DNA of 64,000 nt from Microcoleus sp. (GTDB lineage: Bacteria > Cyanobacteriota > Cyanobacteriia > Cyanobacteriales > Microcoleaceae), in contig JAYFMW010000030.1 of the NCBI GenBank assembly GCA_042408215.1, forward strand, positions 544,001 to 608,000, in the 5' to 3' direction. The notes below the pieces were generated by a model that did no database searches, had not been told where the DNA came from, and saw only the letters and a program-made list of their open reading frames with translations. Below are positions 10,862 to 20,450 of the stretch, one piece after another. How positions within the stretch are numbered: the stretch's first letter is position 1; the number at the start of each line of letters is the position of its first letter. A program made the position numbers and the translations under genes.

Positions 10862-11180
10862 CCGTCAATCCGCTAATTTGCCGAATCTCACCGATCAGAA
10901 AGTTAACTAATCCTAGATTCATGCTTTTAACTTGTTCCAAGGAGAGACTAGGTTGTACTAGGGATTCTTTAATCATCAACAAAGGAATCAGGGCGGGATC
11001 GCTTTTCGCTGCTTTCATAATCAGCCCAAAAGCCCCAATCGTCAGCGGGCGCAATTGCACCACTAATTCCCGCTCTTTATTAGTGCTACTTGTGCTATGT
11101 TCCAATACCTCTGGGGGAATCGCGACATCAAAAATAATTTCTGAACCACCTAGCAGTTCTTCCGGCGTTAAAAATTGCAT
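10839..11180 (-). CDS. Tail assembly chaperone (gpG-like)
   Basis: 113 aa directly after the tube gene (VQLRPLTIG..SLEQVKSM..IRQISGL); ends at an A9 slippery run. Confidence 0.7.
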   Translation of the reverse strand: MQFLTPEELLGGSEIIFDVAIPPEVLEHSTSSTNKERELVVQLRPLTIGAFGLIMKAAKSDPALIPLLMIKESLVQPSLSLEQVKSMNLGLVNFLIGEIRQISGLTEKKMISS

Positions 11181-11384
11181 TTGAGGGTGAGGATTTAGGA
11201 AAAGTTTAAGTCAGGAATTACGCAGAAAAAGTCAAGGGTTCCGGTTTTTTTTACCGAGGTGATAGTTGTCACTAGATTAGTCCTGGACGCATGGGGACTC
11301 AGAAACCGGGTTTTTTACGAAAATATGCGATCGAGCCAGCACCCAAGGTAAAAAACCTGGTTTCTGTTGTTGATAGGTAAACTA

Positions 11385-11891
11385 TCAACCTGTCTCCTCA
11401 GAACTAATGCGTAAAGCTTTAAACGTCACTCCTTCCATCACAAAATCATCTTCAGGTAAAGTAAAACTCCAGCTTTCAAACTTGACCCCAAAGACTGTCA
11501 GTGTACTGCTGTTATCTGGTAAAGCTGGATTTTTCAGCGAGATGACAATATTAAAAGAAGGCTGAGGAATTGCGCCGGTAGGAGGAGGACTCGTCGCCCC
11601 ATCACCTAGGAGTAAGTGTAACAGGGCTCCATTGATGTGCGCGCGATCGATAAAACCCGAAACGCTAATATTACCCGGACGTAATTCTGTAGCAAAGCGT
11701 TTTCCTAATTCGTGATAGGGTCGTAATTCGTTTTCTACCTTAACCTGGACATTTTGTAAACGTCCCACTACGCTAGATAATTCGTACTTCCCGATCAAAG
11801 CTTCTGCTAATTTCCCCTCAACAGATTCTTGATTATCGACAGCTAAAACCAGCGAAGCATCCGAGCCGCGAAAAACATTGACATTAGGCAT
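11385..11891 (-). CDS. Tail tube protein
   Basis: 168 aa after the sheath; VGRLQNV..YHELG..PGNISVSG..FESWSF..EGVTFKA tube pattern. Confidence 0.8.
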   Translation of the reverse strand: MPNVNVFRGSDASLVLAVDNQESVEGKLAEALIGKYELSSVVGRLQNVQVKVENELRPYHELGKRFATELRPGNISVSGFIDRAHINGALLHLLLGDGATSPPPTGAIPQPSFNIVISLKNPALPDNSSTLTVFGVKFESWSFTLPEDDFVMEGVTFKALRISSEETG

Positions 11892-11958
11892 AATTTTCTC
11901 TTCTATTCAGGGCAAAAATTCTTGAAATTCCCGTTTTTGCGATCGATGTATCCTTGAT

Positions 11959-13026
11959 TTATCCTAGATACATTGTCACTTGAATAAAATCAATACTGAA
12001 CGTCGGTTGCAGAATCATTTTCACGGCAACTTCCCCAGCAATTTCTTGTCGGCGGGTAGCCGAAACTTCCAGTTGATAACTTACCAGAGATTCGCTGTCT
12101 ACCATACTGGTAAGAAACGCATCCAAGGTGGCTTTCATTGCTCCTCGCACGCGATCGTTATTCAGCTTGCCAATATAAGGATCGCAAGAGGAGCGCACTC
12201 CATAAATTGCATAGTCAACAATGCGGCGCGTGGTGATTTGATTCCAAGGACTATCGGCTGTGGTGATGCCTTTGACGATTCGATATCCACTGCGGGCTTC
12301 TACCGTCAAGACTTTTTTTTGCACCAGTTCTTTTAGCTGAGCATTGTTAAACTCAGTGGTGATCCCTTCAATACTCAGAGTTTTATTAGTGGGGCTAGCT
12401 TGCACGTTCAAAGAAGCAATTAAGCCAGCTATAGCAGCGGCTAAATAACCCCCAGGAAGTTTGTGTTGCTTGCCTTTAGCCGTTAACAAAATTCCGGGTG
12501 CTGTAAATATCAGCCGACCTCGATCGTCGCTGAGATTGTGGCCGCTAATTTGCTCTAAATCGTCTTTACCGTTTTTAAACCCACTACCAATAATTCCAAT
12601 TCTTTCGCGTTTAATTTCGGCCGTAGTGTTCAAATGTCCTTTGAGGGCATCTACCATCCCAGCTTGGTTAGCATCTTGCCCCGCTAGGACAACTATATTG
12701 ACAATTTTGTTTTCTAATAGTGCTAAACTTTCTTGATAAGCATCAGTGGTTGCTCCCGAAGTTCGCACTGCATAAACCGTCTGTCCGCCATTTTTATAAA
12801 TCAATTCCAAGGCGCGAACTAAAGTTAGTTCGTCTTGCTCTCCGCCTTGCCATTCATTGCTCTCACCAAAAATTTCTTTAGCTTCCGAAAGACTACTGAG
12901 TAATGTTACTTCATTCTCAGTACCCTGACTGGCAGTACCAACAATACCAATATTCCCTGTAGCAACTCCACTGGGCGCAATTAAGCCTTCGGGGCGCACT
13001 TCAACGTAAGTGCCAGGTAAAATCAT
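11959..13026 (-). CDS. Contractile tail sheath protein
   Basis: PGTYVE N-terminus, SPTNK, ITTRRIVDY..YIGKLN and LQPTFSIDFIQVT sheath motifs. The original first four codons (MAQT, 13466-13477) are cut off by an insertion. Confidence 0.9.
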   Translation of the reverse strand: MILPGTYVEVRPEGLIAPSGVATGNIGIVGTASQGTENEVTLLSSLSEAKEIFGESNEWQGGEQDELTLVRALELIYKNGGQTVYAVRTSGATTDAYQESLALLENKIVNIVVLAGQDANQAGMVDALKGHLNTTAEIKRERIGIIGSGFKNGKDDLEQISGHNLSDDRGRLIFTAPGILLTAKGKQHKLPGGYLAAAIAGLIASLNVQASPTNKTLSIEGITTEFNNAQLKELVQKKVLTVEARSGYRIVKGITTADSPWNQITTRRIVDYAIYGVRSSCDPYIGKLNNDRVRGAMKATLDAFLTSMVDSESLVSYQLEVSATRRQEIAGEVAVKMILQPTFSIDFIQVTMYLG

Positions 13027-13465
13027 AAAAACCTCACGGGAGCTTGGAAACCCAGTGGCTTGAGCCTAGGGAGGAAAAGCGATACGGGATGCTTTAGCGT
13101 CCCATGAATATTTTCAAAATCCATAGCTATCAAAAAATGGGTTGAAACCCGTCTTTCTAAGACGGTTTTATATTTCCCCTTTCGGGGTAGAGGGGTATGG
13201 TTGCCCCTCTAGGAAGATATGGTTGTCTCCATTTTTCCCTTTCGGGTAAAGTTCGCTTCGCCAATGTTTTAAGAGCTTTTTAAACCTGCAACACTGTTTC
13301 AGTGACCTTAAAACTGTTTAATTGCAGATGACAGAGCGGAAAACTAGCGTCGCATTCAAGGAGTGTCTTGACTCAAAAAACGTAGTCAGCTAAGACTTAG
13401 GCTGGTCAGAATGGCTTGTTTGATTACTCTTGCAAGCCCCGTCCCTTAAGGGCGGGGTTCCTGAC
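13027..13465 (-). mobile_element. Non-autonomous IS200/IS605 (IscB-type) element carrying a HEARO/omegaRNA-like RNA, no ORF
   Basis: Begins GTCAGGAACCCCGCCC..GGGGCTTG..GACCAGCCTAAG..CTACGTT..AAGACAC..GCTCTGTC..TTAAACAG..ATTGGCGAAG..CCCGAAAGGG. Ends with a hairpin followed by ATGA. Homologous to 26809-27195. Confidence 0.8.
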
Positions 13466-13616
13466 TGTTTGAGCCATAAAATATCTTTTGTATTTCTCAG
13501 AACTATTTATCTCACATGAATGTTATTTTGAATAAAAAATGTAATAAAACTTATTATTGTTCAAGTTGGGTGATGGTTTCAAACTGAATCTAAGAACTAA
13601 GCTACCGAAGATGATG

Positions 13617-13758
13617 TGATCTCAAATCCGGTAGCATCGGAATTAATATTACTCACAGCCAGGACACGGCAGTGCCGTGTCCCTACAATTAATCACGGTA
13701 GTCCAAGGACACTGCCGTGTCCTCTCTCTATATCATTCCGGTGCAACCGGAATTGATG
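13617..13758. repeat. MITE-like repeat (TIR TCAAATCCGGTAGCATCGGAAT / ATTCCGGTGCAACCGGAATTGA) with internal REP palindromes
   Basis: Inverted ends are visible. Related ends at 13862-14075, 19662/21650, 46030-46135 and 52090/53702. Confidence 0.65.
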
Positions 13759-13892
13759 TGAGTCATTGAGATTTTTTAGTAAAACTTAAAAAAGTCAAAA
13801 GTAAGAAAGCTTTCAGTAAAAACAAGGTTTTTTAGTCTCAACTTTTAACTTTTGACTGGTTATATCAATTCCGGTTGCACTCTTGGAGATGA

Positions 13893-14041
13893 TTGTTGAC
13901 GGTTGACGGTTGACGGTTGACGGTTGACAGTAGACAGTTAACAGTTAACAGTTAACAGTTAACAGTAGACAGTTAACAGTTAACAGTTAACAGTTAACAG
14001 TTAACAGTTAACAGTTAACAGTTAACAGTTAACAGTTAACT
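13893..14041. repeat. Heptamer STRR array (GTTGACG/GTTAACA) inside a MITE
   Basis: Directly visible 7-bp tandem repeats. Confidence 0.9.
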
Positions 14042-14111
14042 CAAATTTACTATTCCGATGCTAACGGATTTGATATTACACATTGAGTATTCAACTCAAA
14101 ACTCAAAACTT

Positions 14112-15140
14112 CTAAGGTGCCGCCGCCGCCCTACGGTTGGCGACAACCAGATTTGCCTGATACTCTGCCGCCTTTTGCTGAGCCTTTTGATGGTTCGGGC
14201 TAGTTGGTGGCACGGATCTCATCAGCCCAACTGCTTTCTGCCACTGGCTTGCTACTGCGTTCCACTCAGTTTGGGACTGAGCCGTCTGGGCCAGAATTGC
14301 TGCACTCTGAGCTTGATTAACCGCTTCCCTCCAAGGGTCAGACTTGGGCGCGGTGGCTTTGGGTACGCCAGAGGCTGGCTTGGGTGTGGCAGATGCCGCT
14401 GGGCTTGCCGGCTTAGCAGCATTAGGAGTGGCGACCGGCGCTGTTGAGGCTGGCTGTGGAGTGGCGACCGATTCACCGGGAGAGGGTGTGGCAGCTTTAG
14501 ACGCGGGTGGTGAGGCTTTGGGCTTGGGCGAAGCTGCTTCCGGGGCGCTTGGTTCTGAGGTCGATCTGCTCACGAATGGTAAATTACCAGTAAAGAAGAG
14601 TCCTGCGATCGCCACAAGAGGCACTAAGATTCCCACAGGTATTACCCATTTGGGGAATTGCTGTTTCGGAGGCGGATTTTCCTCGTCTTCGTCGTCTTCG
14701 TCCTCGTCTTCGTCCTCGTCTTCGTCCTCGTCTCGATCGAACTCTTCCTCTTGATAATATTCTGAGCCTTCGGACTCGTCATCATCTAAACCGGAGGAGT
14801 CCTTAGGCCTTGAACCCTCGTCTGGATAAAGCATTGGCTCCGGCGCCGGCATCAGCTCTATTTCGTCCTCCCAGGCTGGCGAGCGATCGCCCGCCCGACG
14901 CCCGTAGACTTTTACCGTGTGAATGGATTCGACTCCCAACTTCGTCATCCCGTTACGGATGAAATCGACCAATGCCATTTGACTCGGTACTTTGCCTGAC
15001 TCCAGAGTTATGTGGAGGCAGCCGTTGTCCCGGGTCACTTCGGCGTTGATGCCTTTGGGTTGGAGTGTACCGTTGATGCTAGATGCGATCGCTTTTGGAT
15101 CGCCCTGCTTGAGAAGTTCCCGCAGATTCTGTTGTGTCAT
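14112..15140 (-). CDS. Hypothetical single-pass membrane protein (acidic tract, Pro/Ala linker, helical C-domain)
   Basis: Start MTQQNL; D/E run; TM segment WVIPVGILVPLVAIAGLFF. Confidence 0.75.
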   Translation of the reverse strand: MTQQNLRELLKQGDPKAIASSINGTLQPKGINAEVTRDNGCLHITLESGKVPSQMALVDFIRNGMTKLGVESIHTVKVYGRRAGDRSPAWEDEIELMPAPEPMLYPDEGSRPKDSSGLDDDESEGSEYYQEEEFDRDEDEDEDEDEDEDDEDEENPPPKQQFPKWVIPVGILVPLVAIAGLFFTGNLPFVSRSTSEPSAPEAASPKPKASPPASKAATPSPGESVATPQPASTAPVATPNAAKPASPAASATPKPASGVPKATAPKSDPWREAVNQAQSAAILAQTAQSQTEWNAVASQWQKAVGLMRSVPPTSPNHQKAQQKAAEYQANLVVANRRAAAAP

Positions 15141-15679
15141 GGCTGGCGCTGCTATACAAAACTTGGCTAAACTTATCAAATCGCTTCACCATGCAACTAG
15201 AAGTAATTTCTAGAGAGGCTGCTTTCTGGTTTCACCAAGGGAGTCGATCCGCAACTGTTGTCCACAGGCGTAAATTTGGGCGGAGCATCACCCTATTTTA
15301 CATGGTCATATATTTTTTTTAAAGCTTTTAACCATTGTTCTAACCATTTTCAACCAAATTAACAAATCGTGGTATCCCGATCGACCTTTGTATAGGCTGG
15401 TTAGTTTTGAATCGATCGCAGATTACTTACCGATCGAATCTGTAGCCTTGCCCATCTAAAAAACAACACCGCCTTGTAGCAAACCTAGCAGAAAAATACC
15501 ACCCTGTCAACACAAACGCCATCCATAACTATGAAAAACCAGAGTTCAGAAATAATCCAAGAATATTTGCCAAGACACACCGAGAAAAAATCCCAACTCA
15601 ACCCAACGACCCTAGATTTGACACACCACCCGCCCACCTAACAAAAATATAAGAGACCATGACCGGCGGAATCGTTCAA

Positions 15680-16070
15680 TTTGACACTCTCCGACCTAAA
15701 GGTACGGAGATTCTTAAGCAGTTTTGACACTCTTAAAGGCGCTGTCTTGACACCTCTAGACGTTCAAAACAACTACCTTTCGGTGTTGCAATTACGCTTA
15801 CTTTTGGTTTATGCTTTCCTTCGCAATGCCTCAACACTAAGCCAGTTCGGTACGCTCACCATCCTGCGTTGCTTGCAGTGCCAAGCGTCTTTCTCTGACG
15901 AAAACGCTGAGGGTGTCTTACTGCCCGGAATCTCACCGTTCTAGGAATGGTTCAGCACGTAGTTGATACACTTGTTAAGCACAATTCAAGTTTAACACAA
16001 AATACTGGCAGCTATCAGGCTGCAACTGCGTTTCATACCCTGCGGGAAAGACCGGGGTTGGCGCGTGACG
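15680..16070 (-). mobile_element. Non-autonomous IS605-derived element (right end + probable omegaRNA, no tnpB)
   Basis: Minus strand ends AAGAATCTCCGTACCTTTAGGTCGGAGAGTGTCAA, the same architecture as the tnpB right ends at 18444 and 53628. The other boundary is approximate. Confidence 0.6.
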
Positions 16071-16083
16071 CGCTATAGCGCCG

Positions 16084-17064
16084 TTAGCGAAACAAGCTAG
16101 AGAGTTCTATCACTTTGGTTTGCAGGGTTGATATTTCTTCTCGCCCCCGCTTTAAAGAGGCTTCTAATTCTAGCAGTAAAGGCAAAGTTTTTTGCAGTTG
16201 TTCTAAGCTGGCGCTCTTGACTTCTTGGCGAAAATAATATACTCGCTTGGGATTGCCGAGGTCTAGAGCTTGAGCAATTTTATCATCGCGATCGCCCGAT
16301 TCGATCGCCGCCTTCACCCACAGCCAAATCCGAAACTTACCCGTCAAGCCAGCCACAATCCTTAAACCAGGCTCGCTGTGGCTCGTTAAGCCAGCCAATA
16401 ACTCCAAAGCTAGGGGGGTATCTCCAGAGCGAATAGCATCGGCTAACTGGAAAGTATTCTGGGCGTGACAGTGCACCAAAGCTGCTACCTCCTCCGGGTT
16501 CAGAGGTTGGCTGCGATCGCCCGCAAACAGCAGCAATTTTTCGAGTTCGCTATATAGCCCACGGGTATCGCTGCCGACGGATTCGGCCAAAAGTTCGATC
16601 GCCGTCGCGGTCAATTTTACTCCAAGTTCGCCAGCGACTTGGCGCACCCGTTGGGCTAATTCTTTGTCATTCCAAGGCGGAATCGGAGAAAATTCCCGCA
16701 CTTCGGCGGCGGACTTTACGAGTAACTTGGTAGACTTGAGCCGACTGTCCGGTTTTTTGACCGATGTCAGCAGCAGCACGGTGGTGTCGGGGATAACTGG
16801 CAAAGTCCGTTCCAATTGGGCTAAAAGTTCTGGAGAACACTGCTGCGTTACAGTCGTATTTGCCAGCCAGACAAAACGGCTGCCAGTACCAAAGGGGGGC
16901 GTTAAGGCTCGATCGAGTCCTTCGACCACGGCGTCCGCTCGATCGGCAATAATTTTGTCATAGTTAAAACTAGCCCAGTTGGGGTCAAGGGCTGTTTGGC
17001 GCAAACTGGTAACAGCTTGGGCAAGAGCAAAGTCGTCTTCCCCCCAAAAAAGGTAAATTTGCAT
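16084..17064 (-). CDS. holA: DNA polymerase III delta subunit
   Basis: IYLFWGEDDF, TPPFGTGSR, KPDSRLKSTK, ELEKL motifs. Confidence 0.92.
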   Translation of the reverse strand: MQIYLFWGEDDFALAQAVTSLRQTALDPNWASFNYDKIIADRADAVVEGLDRALTPPFGTGSRFVWLANTTVTQQCSPELLAQLERTLPVIPDTTVLLLTSVKKPDSRLKSTKLLVKSAAEVREFSPIPPWNDKELAQRVRQVAGELGVKLTATAIELLAESVGSDTRGLYSELEKLLLFAGDRSQPLNPEEVAALVHCHAQNTFQLADAIRSGDTPLALELLAGLTSHSEPGLRIVAGLTGKFRIWLWVKAAIESGDRDDKIAQALDLGNPKRVYYFRQEVKSASLEQLQKTLPLLLELEASLKRGREEISTLQTKVIELSSLFR

Positions 17065-17104
17065 TTCTAGCACAAAGCGACCCAGTAATGGTGTATTATC
17101 AGGA

Positions 17105-18444
17105 AATTGGGTTTAAAACCCCGTCCTTTTAGGACGGCTTTAATTGTAAACCTTTGTTACGATACCAGCCAATCTTGTGCTGAAATATCTAGCATAAGGC
17201 AGGAGGTAAGGCGATGCTAGTTTTTGAGTTCAAAGCTTACGGAAAATCCAGTCAGATTGCAGCAGTAAATGAAGCGATTCGTACAGCACAATTTGTCCGC
17301 AATAGCTGTTTACGCTATTGGATGGACAACCCAAAAATAGATAAGTACGATTTAAACAAATATTGTGCTGTGCTGGCCAAGAATTTCCCGTTTGCCGACG
17401 AACTTAACTCTCAAGCTAGACAAGCTAGCGCTGAACGAGCCTGGTCTGCTATCTCCCGATTTTACGAGAACTGCAAAAAGTCAATTCCAGGTAAAAAAGG
17501 ATATCCACAATTTCAGAAAGACTGTCGCTCAGTTGAGTATAAATCAACTGGATGGAAACTTGCGGATGACAGAAAATCAATCAAATTCACCGACAAAAAA
17601 GGGATTGGTAAACTCAAATTAAAGGGAACACGGGATTTGCATTTCTATCAAATCGCCCAAATCAAACGGGTAAGATTGGTAAAACGTGCAGACGGCGTGT
17701 ATGTCCAATTCTGTGTCGATGTCGATCGAAAGGAAAACACAGAGCCTTCTGGAAATACCATTGGATTAGACGTAGGATTGAAAGAATATTACACTGATTC
17801 CAACGGAGTGATGGTTGAAAATCCGAGATGCCTCCGAACAGGTGAAAAAGTTCTCAGACGTTCTCATCGTCGTGTATCTAGGAAGGTAAAAGGTTCAAAA
17901 AATAGAGGCAAAGCTAGACAGATTTTAGGAAAACGCCATCTCAAAATAAGTAGGCAACGCCAAGACCATGCTGTGAAATTAGCGCGGTGCGTAGTTCAGT
18001 CAAACGACTTGATAGCTTACGAAGATTTGAGAATTAAAAATCTGGTGAGAAATAATTGTCTGGCTAAGTCAATTAACGATGCTTCTTGGTATCATTTCCG
18101 TATCTGGATTGAATATTTCGGTCAAGTATTTGAAAGAGTTACGGTGGCGGTAAATCCGCAATACACTAGCCAAGAATGCTCTAGCTGCGGTGCAATTGTG
18201 AAGAAAACGCTATCCACTAGGACGCACGTTTGCAAGTGTGGATGCACTCTTGACAGGGATGAAAACGCAGCTAGAAATATCCTGAGTCGAGGATTGAGTA
18301 CGGTAGGGATACGGTCACTTTCGGACTAGATCCGAGCAACGCTTTGGGAGAATTGACCTCTACTCTGATTGGAGAAATCCTGTCCGCAGCACGTTAGCTC
18401 TACGAACAAAGAATCCCCACGCCTTGATAGCTGGGGAGTGTCAA
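17105..18444 (+). mobile_element. IS200/IS605-family element (tnpB only)
   Basis: Left hairpin GGGTTTAAAACCCCGTCCTTTTAGGACGGCTTT; right end AAGAATCCCCA..GGGGAGTGTCAA. Confidence 0.8.
17214..18329 (+). CDS. tnpB: RNA-guided endonuclease TnpB
   Basis: RuvC residues GLDVG / YEDL / DRDENAA and Zn finger CSSCG..CKCG. Confidence 0.93.
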   Translation: MLVFEFKAYGKSSQIAAVNEAIRTAQFVRNSCLRYWMDNPKIDKYDLNKYCAVLAKNFPFADELNSQARQASAERAWSAISRFYENCKKSIPGKKGYPQFQKDCRSVEYKSTGWKLADDRKSIKFTDKKGIGKLKLKGTRDLHFYQIAQIKRVRLVKRADGVYVQFCVDVDRKENTEPSGNTIGLDVGLKEYYTDSNGVMVENPRCLRTGEKVLRRSHRRVSRKVKGSKNRGKARQILGKRHLKISRQRQDHAVKLARCVVQSNDLIAYEDLRIKNLVRNNCLAKSINDASWYHFRIWIEYFGQVFERVTVAVNPQYTSQECSSCGAIVKKTLSTRTHVCKCGCTLDRDENAARNILSRGLSTVGIRSLSD

Positions 18445-18674
18445 ATAAAGTTTGTTACGAATAGTTAAAGATTCTATTCGATAATTTTTACATCTTGCAC
18501 TATTCTCAACTATCTAGAATTTGAAGTTAGGATTTGTGCGATCGTGACAACTTCTGTCACAGTCAACAGCACGCGCTCTCTCTAAACATAGATTTTTCGC
18601 GATCGGCGCCAGCCCTAACAATTTTCAAGTCGAGTAAGTGCCCAAAGCTATTAATTACCACGAGGAAATCGAGA

Positions 18675-19460
18675 TTGGACGATACATATCAAACATACGT
18701 GAATAGGGTAGCGCGCATGACGCTGCTGGACTCCTACAAGTCCCAGGTAGAACACATTCAGGAATCTACCAAGTTTAAACCAGACGAAGCCGGTGTCAGA
18801 GTTCCTGTACCTTTTCCCGGCTATTCGGTGATTACGCCACCTGCGGCGGAAGATGTAGAAAATGCTGCACTTTATACTAACTTGCAGTCCTGCCAACAAC
18901 GGCTGTTGCACGAACTTAGTCCCGGCTCGATCGTGGCGCTACCACCTGATAGCTTCCATTTAACAGTGGCAGATTTAATTTGGAACAGCGCTTATCGAGA
19001 TGTCACCGCTCAAAATCCTGAATTTGAGGAGCAACTGCGATCGCAGATAGCTGATTGTTTCGTGGCCTCAAAACCAGCCCTGGTAAGTGGCTCCGAGATT
19101 CGCTGGATAGTTCTGGGCTTCATTGTGATGACGAGAGCTGTGGGTGTCTGTTTGGCACCGACCGATGAAAACGCTTACAAGCAAATTCTGGAGTTGCGCC
19201 GATCGATCTATCAAAATCCCGATTTAATTGCCTTGGGAATTGAACAGCAATATCATTTGACGGCGCACATTACTCTGGGCTATTTTGGGGACATCGGGCC
19301 AAACCTAGAACGAGAGCGCTTATGCTCTCTGGTAAATGAGTTAAACGATCAATGGCTAGACACGCCCCAAGAACTTGTCGTGCACCGAGCCGAACTGCGG
19401 AAGTTTGACGATATGATGAGCTACTATCGGGAACCAGACTGGCCTGTTTTGGAGTTTTGA
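18675..19460 (+). CDS. DUF1868 / 2H-phosphoesterase-like protein
   Basis: HLT and HIT 2H motifs; FPGYSVITP; TTG start after GAGGA. Confidence 0.75.
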   Translation: MDDTYQTYVNRVARMTLLDSYKSQVEHIQESTKFKPDEAGVRVPVPFPGYSVITPPAAEDVENAALYTNLQSCQQRLLHELSPGSIVALPPDSFHLTVADLIWNSAYRDVTAQNPEFEEQLRSQIADCFVASKPALVSGSEIRWIVLGFIVMTRAVGVCLAPTDENAYKQILELRRSIYQNPDLIALGIEQQYHLTAHITLGYFGDIGPNLERERLCSLVNELNDQWLDTPQELVVHRAELRKFDDMMSYYREPDWPVLEF

Positions 19461-19832
19461 GCCGATCGTCGAAGGTAAGTTTTGAGTTGGAAGTTTTGAG
19501 TTTTGAGTTGACAAATTCACTGAACGAAAAACGGACAACTCAAAACAACCCGCAAAGGCATCGCCAAACCAAAGATTTCTGAGAAGAAACCGGATTTTTG
19601 AGTGTAAGTCTTAGGGTGGCAGATTAAATGGTTTAATTATTTTGGCTTGGCAACAAAGTCCTATCAATTCCGGTTGCACCGTCAGGTGATTGTTGACTGT
19701 TGACTGTTGACTGTTGACTGTTGACTCGGGGTCAAAAAACTGAATGATGGTTGACTGTTTAACTAAATAAAATTTTTGCTGGACTTTTCCGGATATTAAG
19801 GTATACTGGGGGAGTCTGTAGAAAGAATAACC

Positions 19833-20450
19833 ATGTCCGACAAATATGTCACACCAGCAGATGCGGCTAGAACTTTGGGAGTCAACGAACGAACCCTTAG
19901 ACGTTGGGAAGAGGACGGTAAAATCCCAGCGTTCCGAACACCAGGGGGCAAAAGACGTTACGACATCTCAGGATTTACAACTAAGTCTTTCCGCTCTACG
20001 ATCATCTACGCCCGCGTCTCAAGCCCCAAGCAAAGAGACGACTTACAGCGTCAATGTGAATATTTACAATCTAAATACCCTACAGCAGAAGTTGTCTCAG
20101 AAGTTGGCGGAGGACTCAATTACAAGCGGAAAAAGTTTCTCACCCTATTGGAACGAGTTATGTCAGGAGATGTCGAACGCATTGTTATCGCATACAAAGA
20201 CCGACTCGCCAGATTTGGGTTTGATTTCTTCGCTTGGCTCTGTGTCCAAAACTCTTGCGAAATCGTGGTTCTCAACCAAGTTGAATTATCTCCCGAACGC
20301 GAAATGGTTGAAGACATCCTTGCCATCCTCCATTGCTTCTCATCCAGATTGTATGGACTTAGAAAGTACAAGTCTGAAATCATTAAAGATCCGGATTTAC
20401 CCAGAGCCGAAACTCCATCAAATTTGGCAAAAATGGTTAGCAGCAACTAA
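19833..20450 (+). CDS. tnpA: IS607 serine-recombinase transposase
   Basis: MerR-like HTH (LGVNERTLRRWE..RTPGGKRRY), YARVSS, DRLARFG. Confidence 0.93.
   Translation: MSDKYVTPADAARTLGVNERTLRRWEEDGKIPAFRTPGGKRRYDISGFTTKSFRSTIIYARVSSPKQRDDLQRQCEYLQSKYPTAEVVSEVGGGLNYKRKKFLTLLERVMSGDVERIVIAYKDRLARFGFDFFAWLCVQNSCEIVVLNQVELSPEREMVEDILAILHCFSSRLYGLRKYKSEIIKDPDLPRAETPSNLAKMVSSN

Noticed and set aside
1..13026. Intact prophage or T6SS
   Set aside because: No head, packaging, replication or integrase genes and no TssJLM/ClpV in view. The region left of the window is unseen.
15681..15944. 87-aa ORF
   Set aside because: Antisense to an IS605-derived element; no protein motif
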